Source: Lama glama
Taxonomy: Eukaryota
Assembly (NCBI GenBank): GCA_028534125.1
Contig: CM052816.1
Location: forward strand, 96,722,001 to 96,786,000
Length of the DNA: 64,000 nucleotides
Direction of reading: 5' to 3'
Part shown: piece by piece, positions 28,568-42,700 of the stretch
Position numbering within the stretch: position 1 is the first letter of the stretch
Layout: the number at the start of each line of letters is the position of its first letter
Program-made: the position numbers and the translations under genes
The notes under the pieces: model-generated
Databases searched by the model: none
What the model was told of the DNA's origin: nothing
What the model saw: only the letters and a program-made list of their open reading frames with translations

Positions 28568-29199
28568 CTAACAATAGAAAAATCATTAAAAGAGCAATTT
28601 GTCTTGTATAAGCAAAAGCACCAACTTTTTTACTCCAGTTAACTATGATCCACAGTGAATCTGCTAAAATTAATCACCCAAACCAAAAAGCCTTTTTGAG
28701 CTTTACTGAGAATGACAGACAACTGTTGGCAGCTTCATGTAACTGAGAATCCAGAAAGAGAGAGGATTCTTGGAGAAGCCCCGAGGAATCCAGTTGCCTC
28801 TGAGAGGGGAGGCCTACACCCCTCCCTCCCAAAGCCACTGCATCCAGTGTGCAGGTTGTGCACTGCATAATTCTAAGAGGCTGTCAGAAATCATGTAGAT
28901 GTGAGTACCCCTCTGTGGGTGGCTGCACAAGGTCACCCCAGTCCTTTGAACACAAGAAAATTCAGTCCGTCAAAGCCTCAGAAACGTGCAGGTGCCAGCC
29001 TTCATTTCAGACTGCATGCTGCACCATGGGCACTCTGCCCTTGTCGACAAGGACAAGCTGGCGTGCTAGCCTGAGCCTCCCTTGGAGAGCCTGAGATGAG
29101 GGCTTAGCTCACAGAGTTTCCCGGGGAGATTATTGCACAGCTCAGGTGGGAGGGATGAGGGGACGAGGCAGGGAAGAAGGAAAAGCCCATCAGGAGAGG

Positions 29200-29790
29200 T
29201 CTGCTGTGGCTGTGAAACTCCCTCCTCCAGGGTTACTGAGAGGGGCGGAGACGCTTCCTAGAAGTGTCCACCTGTCGCGGGATCCCTGTTGGTGGAGGTG
29301 TGCCCTGGGGTGAACTCCTGAGGCTGCAGAGAGTTCCTGGGGAGGAAAACAAGTGAGGCATGTGCTTGAGACAGACGCCGCAGCCCAAATCTGAGCCTGC
29401 AAGGATTGACTTCCTTGGCTGCAGCTGAAATTCTAGGTGATCGAAGGATGCACTGTCCTGTGCCAGGCATTTTTATTCATAGTTAGTATCCAACCTGCAG
29501 GTCAGTGTTGGCCAATGAGACACGAGGCATTCTGGAAATGTGCCCTTGCTCCTAGATGAGGGAAGAGAGGGCTCCTTTCTCCCTCTGGATGGTAGGTGGG
29601 TGGTGGGATGGCTGGTGGGTAAGGGGTGTGAAGATACAACTGCCGCAGCCCACTTACTGCCTGCAGAGCAGGGACACAGGCTGAAACAGAGGGCAGAGCT
29701 GAGCCCTTCTGCCGAGGGAGCCACCCCCTCAGGACCAGTAGACATGTGACATGAGAAGTCCATTAGGGTTTAAGCCAATTTGAGCCAAAA
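29200..29790. mobile_element. MaLR (MLT1-like) LTR remnant
   Basis: Degenerate MLT1-type sequence ending gacatgtgacatgagaag...gtttaagcca. Confidence 0.5.
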
Positions 29791-29978
29791 TCATCCCCCT
29801 CCCCCTCACTACCCTCCTCCTTAGAAGCCCCCCCAACCCCAGATCCCCAAGGCTAGGGGAGGTGGGTGGGAAACCTGCCCCAGTTTTCTTTTTCCCTTCC
29901 CTTTCCTTCTATTATGAGGTTTACAGCTGGAGAAAAGTCACTCTCATGCTGATTAGCAGAAACATTCTTCCTTCCTGA

Positions 29979-30478
29979 NNNNNNNNNNNNNNNNNNNNNN
30001 NNNNNNNNNNNNNNNNNNNNNNNNNNNNNNNNNNNNNNNNNNNNNNNNNNNNNNNNNNNNNNNNNNNNNNNNNNNNNNNNNNNNNNNNNNNNNNNNNNNN
30101 NNNNNNNNNNNNNNNNNNNNNNNNNNNNNNNNNNNNNNNNNNNNNNNNNNNNNNNNNNNNNNNNNNNNNNNNNNNNNNNNNNNNNNNNNNNNNNNNNNNN
30201 NNNNNNNNNNNNNNNNNNNNNNNNNNNNNNNNNNNNNNNNNNNNNNNNNNNNNNNNNNNNNNNNNNNNNNNNNNNNNNNNNNNNNNNNNNNNNNNNNNNN
30301 NNNNNNNNNNNNNNNNNNNNNNNNNNNNNNNNNNNNNNNNNNNNNNNNNNNNNNNNNNNNNNNNNNNNNNNNNNNNNNNNNNNNNNNNNNNNNNNNNNNN
30401 NNNNNNNNNNNNNNNNNNNNNNNNNNNNNNNNNNNNNNNNNNNNNNNNNNNNNNNNNNNNNNNNNNNNNNNNNNNNNN
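29979..30478. other. Assembly gap (500 N)
   Basis: Run of N. Confidence 1.
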
Positions 30479-30671
30479 CTTGTCTTTGTGACCACTTTGG
30501 GAGTTAAATATCCTTCTCTATTCTGTCCACAGATAATTAATGAATTTGGAAGCACCTAGGTCTGGCCTGCATCCCATGGGGCTGAGATGTCCCATCTCTG
30601 TGCTGCTTCAGGCTGCTGTCTTCTGGGGCAGACCAAGTCCTTTGGATCTTCATTGCTATAGATGATAAAAC

Positions 30672-30997
30672 ATTAATAAACAAAAACATCAATTAAATGA
30701 AGTTAGAAGGCCAGGTCGGGGAGCTCTGAAGCCCTGAGACCGTAGCAGAGCCCAACAGGAAGAAGAAAGATTCCTTTTCTTTCCTGACTCAGCCAATGAA
30801 AAGTTGCGGATTCTTTGCTTACTGTAACCCTCCCAACTTCTTTTCCCTCCTAGGAAAGCATTCTCCCTCCCTTGCTGTTCAGGAGTTTGCACATAGCTTG
30901 CCATGGTTGCAGACCCTGAATTGCACTTCTCTGCTGATCCCAAATAAACCCATTTTTGCTGGAAAAATACCTGCTGGTCTATTTGTTTTAGGTCAAG
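30672..30997 (+). mobile_element. ERV1-type solo LTR
   Basis: CCAAT box, cccaaataaaccc polyA signal, end tttaggtcaa. Confidence 0.7.
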
Positions 30998-32400
30998 AGG
31001 ATGAAGCATGATGTCTTTTGAGCCTAGAAAATTGCCAGAGCTAAAATCGTCTTGAATAGAACCAGGTAAATAGGCCAGGCAAATAAAGCTATGTTGAAAG
31101 AGCATCTCTTACTATGAAAGGTGAAACACTATGTGAGACAGGCCATGCTGAGACACAATGATGTTGGAGTTCTCAGAACAGGGACCCCAGAGACAGGCAG
31201 ATCTGAACTGCAAAAATCCACCTGTCAAACAATGGTTAGTATTAGTGGCTGCCATTTGCAGACAGAGAAACCAGTGCTAATGACTGTAAGACTATCCTTT
31301 GAGGAGGAAACAGGCGATTCAGAGCACTACGGTGGATGTCCTCACAGAGGAGCATGTGAGCTGTGAGTGTGTGGGGTCTGCTGGATTCCTTTAAAGGTTT
31401 ATGCCCCACGGGATGTCGGTGGAACTGGAAATTAGGTCAGTTTGGGAACCACCGAATAAGGGTAGGGGATGGAAAAATGTTTAGAATTGAAATGGGTTTT
31501 GTTTGTAATATTTGTTTCCATTCACTTTCATTTGTAACAGAAATCTGTATATTTCTACCAGAGTAAGCAAAACTTTTTGAATAGTATTGTAACAGCATTA
31601 TTTTCCAAAAAAAAAAAAGAGTATGTAAAGCTGCTTTTTTCTCTTTATGAAAAAGAAGCAAAAATGAGGTATTAGGGAGTATGTTAGCGCATTCTTGGAG
31701 TCCTAACAGGGAGGCAACAAATTACATGTTTTAATAAAAAACACCCAGAGGTCCTCAGGTATTACATTGAGACTTTTTTTTAAGTTTTTTACTTTAAAGC
31801 TCGATTTTTATTTTAGTGTATGAAGTGTTTAATTTCTATCTCCAAAAGTCAAAAGCAATACATGTATTTTTCAGAGAGCAATAATAGTAGAAACACTGAT
31901 TTTTCAAGGTGAACATTCACAGGGATTAAACATACTAAACTGCTTCTCAGCTGTTTCCCTGTCAGGCTGTCCAGATATGGGGAGCTTGGGGTGAAGACTC
32001 ACACGTCCTGTATTCGTGGCACACCAAAACTTCATTTCCCTGGCACTCCTCCCAGTGGCTGAGCAGAGCACCTCCGCGTGCTGGGAGCGCTCAGGGAAAA
32101 TCGTCTGCATCCTGCTCAGTGTTGGCGGGACTAACACGTTCAGCCGGCAGCAGCGGCAGCTGCCGTGAGCAGAACAGGGCCCGGTGTGTGCGGCCTCTGG
32201 GGCAGGAGGCAGGGTGGAAACTCGTCAGCAACCTGAGTTTCCACGCAGAACTAGTTAGTAGGGTTGGTGTGATTTTCATTCCCGTCTCACAAGTGAACTT
32301 CCCCATCCTGTGCAAACAGGAGTAGAATGAGATCAAGAACACTCGGACATCAGTGCCTGTAACAATGCAAGGGTGACGCATTCTGCTTTCTGAAAGTTAC

Positions 32401-32665
32401 CTGTCAGGGGTGGCAGTGAAAATCACCCGGGCCACTGCTCTTGGATAAAGCAGCCTTTTTTTTGGTCTAAATTCTTTCCTTCCTACAGTTTCAAAGTAAG
32501 GCAGTGTCTCCTCTCCTTTGCTCCTTTGGGTTCGGGAAGACTCCACCCATTGGCTCTTGATCTTATTCCTCTCTGTCTCTTCTCAGTCTTTCTCTCTGTC
32601 TCTGTCTCTCTCATCGTTTATCTTCCCCTTCAGTTCCACTGGGCTCAAAGTATTTCATAAAGATC
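32401..32665 (-). pseudogene. Fossil exon (R)IFMKYFEPSGTEGEDKR*ERQRQRER... charged linker
   Basis: Acceptor ttatttatcag|, donor CAG|GTAACT; several in-frame stops. Confidence 0.55.
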
Positions 32666-33479
32666 CTGATAAATAATTCACACTAATGTACCAACTGTAT
32701 ATACATTTAAATGAGAGGCCTCCTGGAACAAACACTACTTTAATAATCTAGTCATTTAATGATATTATGTTGCTAGAAGAGCAGAATTCAACCATATACC
32801 TATCCACTCATGACCCACCTGTCACAGTTTACTAATAAGTGGGCAGATTTGCTTGTTCATAATTCTGTTAGGAAAAATAATCATCAGCTCCGTGTCTACC
32901 TCCTCCTTCCCACGGATTCTTGCTGCCGAGACCTCTCGCCTAACCAGGAGTTACTGATCACAGCCAGTGCGGCCTTTGCGTGTGAAGCTTGGTGGCAGTC
33001 CACCCTTTTAGAATGTTTGTGGCCCTGGCCTCTGCTGTGTCTTATCTCCGCCCGGGTCACACAGAGTGCCTGGTACACAGTGAATGGGTGGTGAATGTTA
33101 TCTACTGACTGACTACACTCAAAACAGAACAAAAACAACAACAAAAACAACCAGACAATCAGTAACAGAACAGGTAAACAGCCCACACATATCACACGTA
33201 ATAAACTTCATAAAATTTTGCAGAAGACTAATTTGAGTTAACTGTACTAAAATATAGCAGTTTTCACAGGAAACTGAGAGATAACAATTTCACTCTTGTC
33301 CCTTCTCCTCATTTCAATGTAAAACAAAATCAGCACAGAATTGGACCTAAGAGATACATGCAAGCTTTTAATGTGAAGTATAAATACTTACTGTGAACTT
33401 GCTATTACTTTGACAACACATAGCAGCAATAGCAGTCCTTTTGTAGGTAAAACATTTGTATGGTTCATACAAGTCCCAT

Positions 33480-34260
33480 ATTGAACATACATTTACTCAG
33501 CACCTACTGCCCACCAGCCACCATCTAGGCATTGGGATATAGCAGTGAAGCAGACAAAATTCTACATCCTTATATGCCTATAAAGAGATGAATATGAAAA
33601 ACTTTAATATGCAATATGTAAAATATTGATAAGTCCTAAGGGAAAAATGAAGCAGAGAGTGTAAGCAGAGAGTTAATATCCTGATGGGAGAGGGCATGTG
33701 GTTGACTGGAGAAGGAGCACTTGGGCACAGAGAGCAGCCAGGCCAGGACCCCAGGTTGGGAGCGAGCCTGGAGTGCGCTGGGAACAGCAGGAGAGGTCAA
33801 TGGAATGATCAAGAGGAAGAGCAGTGGAAGGAAAGATCTCAAAAAATTAGGGAAAACCCACAGGCTGGGGCCTGAGAGGCCATTTTAAGAGGACTTTGTT
33901 TTTACCTTGAATGAGTTAGAAACCAATGAAAGGGACTGATCAAAGGAGGGATGTTTTCGTACATTTAAAGATCCCAGTTTTGTTACTAATAGACTGTAGA
34001 AAGGCAGGCCTAAAGCAGAGGCACCGGCAATCCCTCAAAGACTATTGCAGTCATCCCGGCAAGGGGTGCTGACGACTCAGACCAGAGTGGGGTTGTGGGG
34101 ATGAGGGGAAGAGGGCAGTTCTGGAGACATTCTGAAGGCGGTGCAGACAGGCTTCGTCACAAAATAATGGTGTGAGGAGTGATTCCAAAGATTTTAGCTT
34201 AAGCAACGGGGAAGATGCGGTTGTGATTTTTATAGACGGGGAGGTTCATAGGCATTTAAC
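33480..34260 (-). mobile_element. L2 3' fragment
   Basis: atttactcagcacctact...ctaggcattgggatatagcagtgaa and downstream L2 purine-rich pattern. Confidence 0.75.
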
Positions 34261-34790
34261 TGAAGGACCCAGAATAACCGGAAACTTGCAAAATACCGCT
34301 ATTCAATCTTCTCTGAGATTTAGGACAACAAGGAGCATCACACTTAAGGGCAGGTCTCAACATCCCTATTCCAGAAGCTGAAATGGGACTGTTGCAGAAG
34401 TAAACATGGCTCGGTGAAGCATGAGAGTTAGCTGTTTAGTATTAACTTTGTAGTCCACCTAAATGAACTGACTGTTGTTTCTTCTGCCACGACTCTTGGG
34501 CCTTTTCTGATTGACTTTCAGTCCCTGACCCTATGAGGCAAGTGTGCAGTGCATAGAGGGCAGAATCCCCTGGTCCATTGTCAAGTTCTAGAACTGCCTG
34601 GATCCTGCACATAGCTGACTTCCTCAGCAGGCGGGCTCAACCCCACACCTGCACCTAAACAGGAAGGCCCTCCCTCCCCCTGCACGGGGAACTGACCATG
34701 GTAGCTCCAGGAGACACAGGTGTCAAGCACCGATGCTTCTCTAAAGAATATGGCCTGGCCCATGGGTATCATCTCATTAAGGAGAATTAC

Positions 34791-35395
34791 CTGCACAAAT
34801 GAATCATAATAAAAGATAGGAATCATAAAAGCTTAACATTTTAATTTATTCCTGGAAGAACTCCAGAAAAACAGGCATGTTTTAGAAATATTAAAAACGA
34901 TTGTTTCTTCAGAGACCGTACTATGGTACATTCATACAGTTTATTTTATGTGCATCCAGGATGGAAATACATTTCTTTGACACAGATATACTCTTGTGAA
35001 GCAGAAACTGTATATCTCTTTATCATTTTGGCAACAATATGTCTCTTGTTAGTAGTGAATTTATGAATCCCAGCTTTCTACTTCCAAATTTCTCCTTCAG
35101 ATCTCCATTTATTCCTCAAATGTAGCAGGATAGGAGAAGAAAATAGAGGTTCAATCACATAAATCGCCTACTTCTAGATGAAGGCCAAAAATGAGATTGA
35201 AAAACACATGTAATGAGCCTCAAGTTTCCTGTGGGGCTAGTTGTAATTCCAGAAAACTGAATGACCTCTTGTCTGGATTCCCACCTTCTCCCTCACAATG
35301 CTTCTCAAATCCACTCTGTGAAGTTTCAAGTCACTTTATTAATAGAGTATCAAACAGTGTACACCATAGTCAGAGTTAGGATTTAGTGCAAGTCT
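34791..35395 (-). pseudogene. Large disrupted fossil exon (RHIVAKMIKRY..SASQEYI; ends LSFIMIHLC(R))
   Basis: Donor CAG|GTAATT; phase 2 joins 32665; 5' boundary uncertain. Confidence 0.45.
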
Positions 35396-35554
35396 CTGTT
35401 ATACAAGGTGATGTCAGTGTTATTACAGATAACTCACAAGTTTTAGAAATTTAACACAATAAAACTATATCTTATATATTTATTTATACAAGTTTGTAAA
35501 CGTATATTATTATATCCAAAAAGAGAATTTAGCATTTATTTATTAATACTTAAG

Positions 35555-38500
35555 TGTCTAATATAGGAGCACCTAAATATTTAAAATAAATATTGACAGA
35601 CCTAAAGAGAGAAACAGCAATACAATAATATTAGGGGACTTTAATAGCCAAATTACATCAGTAGATAAATCATTAAGATCAAGTCAATAAGGAACTATCA
35701 GCCTTGAACAATACATTAGCGCAGATGGACTTAACAGATACACACAGAACATTTTATCCAAAAGCAACAGAATGCACATTCTTCTCAAGTGCACATGAAA
35801 CATGCTCTAGGGCTGATCATATCTTAGGCCACAAAACAAGTCTTAATACATTTAAGAAGGTTGAAATCATATCACAACCCAATGTTTTTTCTCCAACCAC
35901 AATGGAGAAAATGGAAAATTTACAAACATGTGGATATTAAACAACATGCTACTCAACAACAAATCGAACAGAGAATAAATAAAAAGAGAAATCAAAAACT
36001 ACTTTAAGACAAATGAAAATGGAAATGCCACATTCCAAAACCAATGGGATGCCAGCAAAAGAAATTGCAAAGGGAAGTATATAGTGATAAATGCCTACAT
36101 CAATAAAAAAGAAAAAAATCTAATTTAAGCAACTTAACTTTGTACCTCAAGGAACTAGAAGAACAAATGAAGCCAAAAGTTAACAGAAGGAAGGAATTAA
36201 GACCTGGTTCTTTGAAAAGATAAACAAACTGATAAACCTTTAGCTAGACTCAGCAAGAAAAAAAAGAGAAAGATACCAAATTTGAAAAAGATAGTAACTG
36301 ATATCACAGAAATACAAAGGATCATAAAAGATTACTGTTAAAAATTAAATGTCAAAAAATTGGACAGCTTAGAAGAAACAGATACATTCCTAGAAACATA
36401 CAAACTACCAAGACTAAATCATGAAGAAATAGAAAATCTGACCAGCCCAATTACTAGTAAGGAGATTAAATCAGGAATTAAAAACCCCCCAACAAAAAAA
36501 GTCCAGGACCAGACAGCTTCACTGGTAATTTCTGCCAAACATTCAAAGAGGAGGTAATACCAATTCTTCTCAAAGTCTTACAAAAAACAGAAGAGAGAGA
36601 ATGCTTCCAAGTTCATTTATGAGGCCAGCACTTCCCTGATACCAAAATCAGACAAGGACACAATAAGAAAAGAAAATTACAGGCCAATATCCCTGATGAA
36701 CAAAATATTAGCAAACTAAATTCAACAATACATTTGAAGAATCATGCACCATGGGCAATTTGGATTTTTCCAGGGATGAAAAGATGGTTCATTATCCACC
36801 AATCAATATGACATGGCACATTAACAAAAGATAAAAAAAATCATATACTTATCTCAATAGATTCAGAGTGAGCATTTGACAAAATTGAACATCCATTTAT
36901 GATAAAGCTATTAACACATATATTAACACATATTAACACACATATTAACACATATAGGATATAGAAGAAACAGACACCGAAATAATAAAGGTCATGTATG
37001 ACAAGCTCACAGATAATGTCATACTCAATGTTAAAAAGCTAAAAGCTTTTTCTCCAAATCAGGTACAAGTCAAAGATGCCTACTCTCACAAGTTTTATTC
37101 AATGTAGCATTGGAAGTACTAACCAGAGCAATTAGTCAGGAAAAAGATACAAAAGGCATCCAAATTGGAAAGGAAGCCATAAAACTGCCACTCTTTGCAG
37201 ACAGCATAATGTTATACGCGGAAAACACCAAAGATGCCACCAAAACATCTGTTAGAACTAATAGATGAATTCAGTAAAGTGGCAAGATACAAAATTATTA
37301 TACAAAAGTTTGTTATATTTCTAAACAGTAATAATGAACTATCAGAAAAACAAATTAAGAAAGAAACCCCATTTACAAATGCTTCAGAAAGAATAAAGCA
37401 CCTATGAATAAATCTAACCAGGAAAGTAATATATCTGTACACTGAAAACTATAAGACATTAATGAAGAAGACACAAATAATGAAAAAAGTATTCCATGCT
37501 CATGGATTGGAAGAATTAATATTGTTTAAATGTCCACACTTCCCAAATCAATCTACAGATCTAATGCAATCTCTATCAAATTCCTAATGGCACTTTTCAC
37601 AGAAATATAAAAGCAATCCTAAAACTTGAATGGAATTAGAAAAGACCCCAAGTGGACTAAGCAAGCTTGAGAAAGAACTAAGCTGGAGGCGTCACACTCC
37701 CTGATTTCAAACTGTATGACAAAGCTATAGTAATCAAGACAGGATGGTGATGGCATGAAAACAGACACAGATTAATGGGACAGAATAGAGTTCCTAGAAA
37801 TAAACCCAAACATATACAGACAATTAATTTACAACAAAGGAGCCAAGAATATAATACATTGGGGAAAGGATAGTCTTTGCAATAAATAGTGTTGGGAAAA
37901 TAGGATTGCCACATGCAAAAGAATGAAACTGGACCACGGTCTTACACAACACACAAAAATTAACTCAAAATGAACTTAATTTTAAGAACTTAAATGTAAG
38001 AGATGAAACCATAAAAATCCTAAAAGAAAACATAGTAAGCTCCTTGACATCGGTCTTGGCAATGACTTTTTGGGTTAGACACCAAAAGCAAAGGTAAAAA
38101 AAAGTAAAAATAAGCCAGTGGGACTACATCAAATTAAAAATACCCTGCACAGCAAAGGAAACCTTAACCAAAACGAAAAAGCAACCCATAAAATGGGAGA
38201 AAATATTTGCAAATCGTAGTTCTGATAGTGGGTTAATATCCAAAATAAAGAACTCATACAATTCAATGGCAAAAAAACCCTAACAATCTGATTTTTAAAA
38301 TGAGACATACAGATGGCCGACAGGTACTAAAAGGTTGCTCAGCATCACTAATTTTCACAGAAATGCAAATCAAATCCACAGTGAGATATCACTTCACACC
38401 TGCTGGAATGACTAATACCAAAATGACAAGAAATAACAAGTGTTAGTGGGATGTGGAAAAAAGGAAACCACTGTGTGCTGTTAGTGGAATGTAGTTTGGT

Positions 38501-39300
38501 GCAGATACTATGGAAAATGTTATGGAAATTCATTTAAAAATTAAAAATAGAACTACTATATGATCTAGCAATTTTACTTCTGGTATTTATTCAAAGAAAA
38601 CTTAAACACAAACTCAAAAAGATATATGCACCTCCATGTTCATTAAAGCATTATTTATAATAGCCAAGATGTGGAATCAACCTAAATGTCCATTAATGGG
38701 TGAACAGATACCAGAGATGTGTTATACATATAATATGCCATTAGCCATAAAAATAATGGAATCTTGCCATTTTCGACAGCATGTATGGACCTTGAGGGTA
38801 TTATTCTAAGTAAAATAAGTCAGACAGAAAAAGATAAATATTGTATTATCTCAGTTATATGTGGAATCTAAACAAAAAACTGAGCTCATGGATATAGGAA
38901 ATAGACTGGTGTTTGCCTGAGGCAGGTACGTGGGCAGCAGGGAGTGAAATGAGTGAAGGGGGTCAAAGGGTACAAGTTTCCAGCCATAAATGAATAAATC
39001 ATAGGGATGTTGTATAGAGTGTGGTAACTATAGTTAATCCTCTATTGCATATTTGACAGTAGCTAAAGTAGCTAGGGGATTGGATCTTGAAAGTTCTCAT
39101 TACACACACATAATCTTTTTATAACTATGTGTGGTGACAGATGTTAACTGAACTTATTGTGGTGATCATTTTGCAATATAAACAAATATTGACTCATACA
39201 TGTGAAACTAATGCAATGTTATCTCAATTATATTTTAGTTAAAAGATAGAAAATGTAAAAGTGAATGAAAGAAAAAAACACATAAATTAATAGAATACAA
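35555..39300 (+). mobile_element. About 3.7 kb decayed L1 (ORF2 EN to RT to 3' UTR, L1MA-like)
   Basis: Peptides QMDLTDTHRTFYPKATECTFFSSAH and FLETYKLPRLNHEEIENL, followed by a 3' UTR and A-rich tail. Confidence 0.95.
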
Positions 39301-40048
39301 AACAAGACAGAATCAGAGAAGCACACAAATCGATTCTTTGAAAAGGCTAACAATATTGATCAATTCCTGGTGAAACCCATCAAGAAAAAAACAAAGGGAA
39401 AGAGAAGGCAGAAATGACTAACTCCAGGAAGAAGACAACATCACGCTGCATCCTGCATACTAGTATCTTAAACATACTAAGAAGGTATTTTTAGGTGTAT
39501 TTTTAGCTCCTGGAACAGCCCCACGTGGGTGTTACTGATGCCTGGTGCGACCAGAAGGGAATGGGCTGGAGGACCCAGGCTCACGGGATATCATCAGTAT
39601 GTGTCTCCTAAAACTCCTCTGGGCACTGACATGTAGCTGGGGGTCGGGGAAGAGAGCGTGGAGAAAACAGGCCTGTTCTTAACTATTTCAGCCCGGAAGG
39701 AATATATCTCCTGGGTGAAAACCGTTTACACAGTTATCCTAAAGCAACAGAAGATATGAAGTTGGGAGGGGTGTTGGGAGACATGGGGGAGAAGACAAAA
39801 GGGCACTGTTTCTGTCAGTGAGATACCGCAGACGGGCCAGAGAAGGATGTTACTTCCAGTTTTGCCTGAGAACTTATTTACTCCCATTTTCTTTACTCCT
39901 AATAAATTCTCACTAATTCTTTCACTCTGAGTTAGTCACAGGTGAGAATATTGTTACCTGTATTTTAAGGCTTGGAAATAAAAAGGCAGCAATGTCACAA
40001 TATAATGAAATAAAAACTGTAAGGTCTAAGGGTGGCTGGGGGAAGTAC

Positions 40049-40154
40049 CTGTAAAGCTTGGTTTGGTTTTCCTTGAAATTGTTGGATCTGCGCTCTGGGT
40101 GTGAACCTCCATTCAGGAAGGAATGTATTCTCAGGTCTATGTCCATTGACATGA
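40049..40154 (-). pseudogene. Fossil exon (open in two frames)
   Basis: Acceptor atttttatag|, donor CAG|GTACTT. Further candidate exons at about 40268-40560 and 40773-40817 (donor GCT|GTGAGT). Confidence 0.5.
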
Positions 40155-42631
40155 CTATAAAAATTTATTTTTTATCAGATTTGACATCATTCCTCAATCA
40201 AGTAAGTGCAGGTTAAGGAAAAGAAGGAAAGAAAAAAAGCAAACATTCATTCAGAATGACACCAAACCTGGAAAAAATTGAAAAAAGAGCAATCAGAAGG
40301 AGAATTTGAAAAGCAGCCTGGTAAGTAAAGCCACTTCAGGGCTTTTAAAATTCGTTTTCAGCCAATGGAGCTTTCGCTCCTTCTTTGCTGACTCTCTCCT
40401 TGAGTAACTACCCAGCTGGCAGCACTGTGGGCCCACAGCAGCTTCTACCACTATATTTCAGGATATATCATATATTCTTCAGAGCTTTTCTTTCTCTTGT
40501 CTTTACAGCCCTTCTATCACAGCCACAGACTGATCCATCATGAATGATCAGAATGCATCCTCTGAGGGCTAGTCCAGCAGCGTATGTGTAGGGGCTGGAG
40601 TTGGTCTGTGTGAAGTGCTAGGCAGAGAATGAGGCACGAGTGGCCTCCGTTGCCGGGATTTAGGGCCGGTATGACGCCCTGTAGCCCGGGGTCTTAGCGC
40701 ATCACTTGTTTTCACTCTAGACCTGGTGCAGGCACTGTAAGCCAGGGCGTCACGCACCATCAGGTTACTCACAGCAGCATCTTTACTTTTTGCCTCCCTC
40801 CAGATTTGTTGAGAGTTATGGGTAGAGAAAGACAAATAAATTTTAAGAATTTGCATGAGGTAGAGAAATCCCATCTTACATATCCAAAAAACCCAAGGGA
40901 TGACAATAAAGCATTTTTTTAATTGTGTGAATTTGTACAACATATAACAGGTCAAATTTCAAAGTTTACTTTTAACCCCACATCATCATTTTTCAGCCTA
41001 AGTCATTTAAAATGAAAATAATTCAAAATATATTATCAATCCACTGCTTTCAAATGCAGTCTATTATAGAACAGGTTTCCAGGCTAGCCCTGTGACTCAT
41101 CATACCATCAAGTCTTGTTTAAGTACGAGTGTCTTTGTCCCTGTATCAACTGGTCCATAATGTTATGCTTTTTGAGCTCTTGGTTTTGCCTTTTATTACG
41201 TTTCTTCCTTTGCAGTTGCTATTGAGCTGTGAGCAGGAACGGGTTTCCTTAAACAGTCTCTCTCTTACCTTCTGTTTTTTGTTTTTGGTTTTTTCCCTTC
41301 TAGCCACTGTGGGCTTGATGTCACAGAATCTGGAGGATTAGGGTCAAAGCAGAATTGAATCCCAAGGTTAATGAAAAATATTATTGGGTTTTATGACATA
41401 TCTTTAGTGACTTCTGATGGCAATTCAGAGGGCAATTTTTTGGCCTTTTCTCTCTCTTTTTTCTTTTTTTGAGTTCTAGGTATGTATAGTTTTACCATAA
41501 GGTCAGACATATGACTAAGTTATTTAACGGTTAAATTCTTCAAGTAACTAAGACTCTATTTCCAGAGACCTTAAATTCTTTAAAGAAGGTGATGTGTCTG
41601 GACAGAATAATAAACCCAGTTACTAAGTAATACTGTGTAAAGCAAAAATAATATTCGCTTATTTGGCAAAGGAAACAGCTTGCTGTATAATTATCATTTC
41701 TTCATTAGAAGAAGGCATTTGACTGTATGGCTAAGGTCTCTGTTTCCAAGTTTCAATGTAAAGGAATTCATAATTAGCAGCACAGCTATACCTCCCTTCT
41801 TAGGGCTTTTATAAGGACTGAGTGAGATGATAGATACTTATCAGAGGTTTCGTAGGTGCCTTTACAGTCTTCTTGACCCTCTTGTCTCAGGGGCTGTGAC
41901 TGTATATTTCAGTCTAGTGTCTCTCTAGAGATGTTCCCCGCAAGGGATGTGCCTGCCTTCATGGAAGCCAGACGTCGTGATGCCTTCCCTCATGCCCCCA
42001 TGTGGACCTCTTACCCCTTAATGTAGGGCCTTTTTAAATGACACTGAGATGGAGATATCTGTTGGGCAGGGAACCAACAGGACCTACCAAAATCTGTTGA
42101 TTTGTAAATATAGGAATGATATAAAGGCCATAAGATTTAAGAATAACTCAAGCAAGTTTGAGGAATCATGCAACTGACAAGTTTTCACAGAACTGAAATC
42201 TGAATAAATATTTAGTGAGAGAATGAAAGACTGAGGATTCTCCAAGATGAATTCTGTTAAATGTATCCGTAGGGCATGGAAATTTGCATGTGGTGAGCAC
42301 ACACTTGAAGTTCCAAATCCTTCTTATTTCACACATCCTTCACAAGTCTTGTGAGGTAAGATTCATTTGGGTTTTGAAGGTGGTAAAATTGAGAACTAGT
42401 GATCTAAATGACTTGCCAAGGTATACGCAGCAAACGTGTGATTAAAAGTTAGGTGGGCATGGCTCCAAAGTTCCGTCTGCCACGCCACATCTCAACCGCT
42501 GCTCAGTCGCTAAGCAATAAACATTGGAACAATTTTACAACAGAGTGAAGAGGAACTTCTGGCTAATATTAGGTTTCCCTAGATTCTAGAACTAAGCAAC
42601 AGTACGTTACATATGAAACTAAAATCCGTAC

Positions 42632-42700
42632 CTGCTATACAGTAATTCTACATTTCAAAATGCCACTGATGTTTTTAAACAAAATTTGTACAAAGTTAGC
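42632..42700 (-). pseudogene. Fossil exon (R)LTLYKFCLKTSVAF*NVELLYS
   Basis: Acceptor poly-T ctccttgag|, donor CAG|GTACGG; phase-2 start as expected after the EYR-type exon. Confidence 0.55.

Noticed and set aside
29953..30555. 200-aa ORF
   Set aside because: Artefact of translating through 500 N.
35704..38533. ORFs in the 35.5-39.3 kb block as host genes
   Set aside because: Fragments of decayed L1 ORF2 or its antisense.
40268..40345. ALKWLY..RL...SDC read as a fourth N-terminal module
   Set aside because: Needs two frameshifts, competes with another reading (LHWLKTNF), and no matching upstream F..F..LP exon was found.
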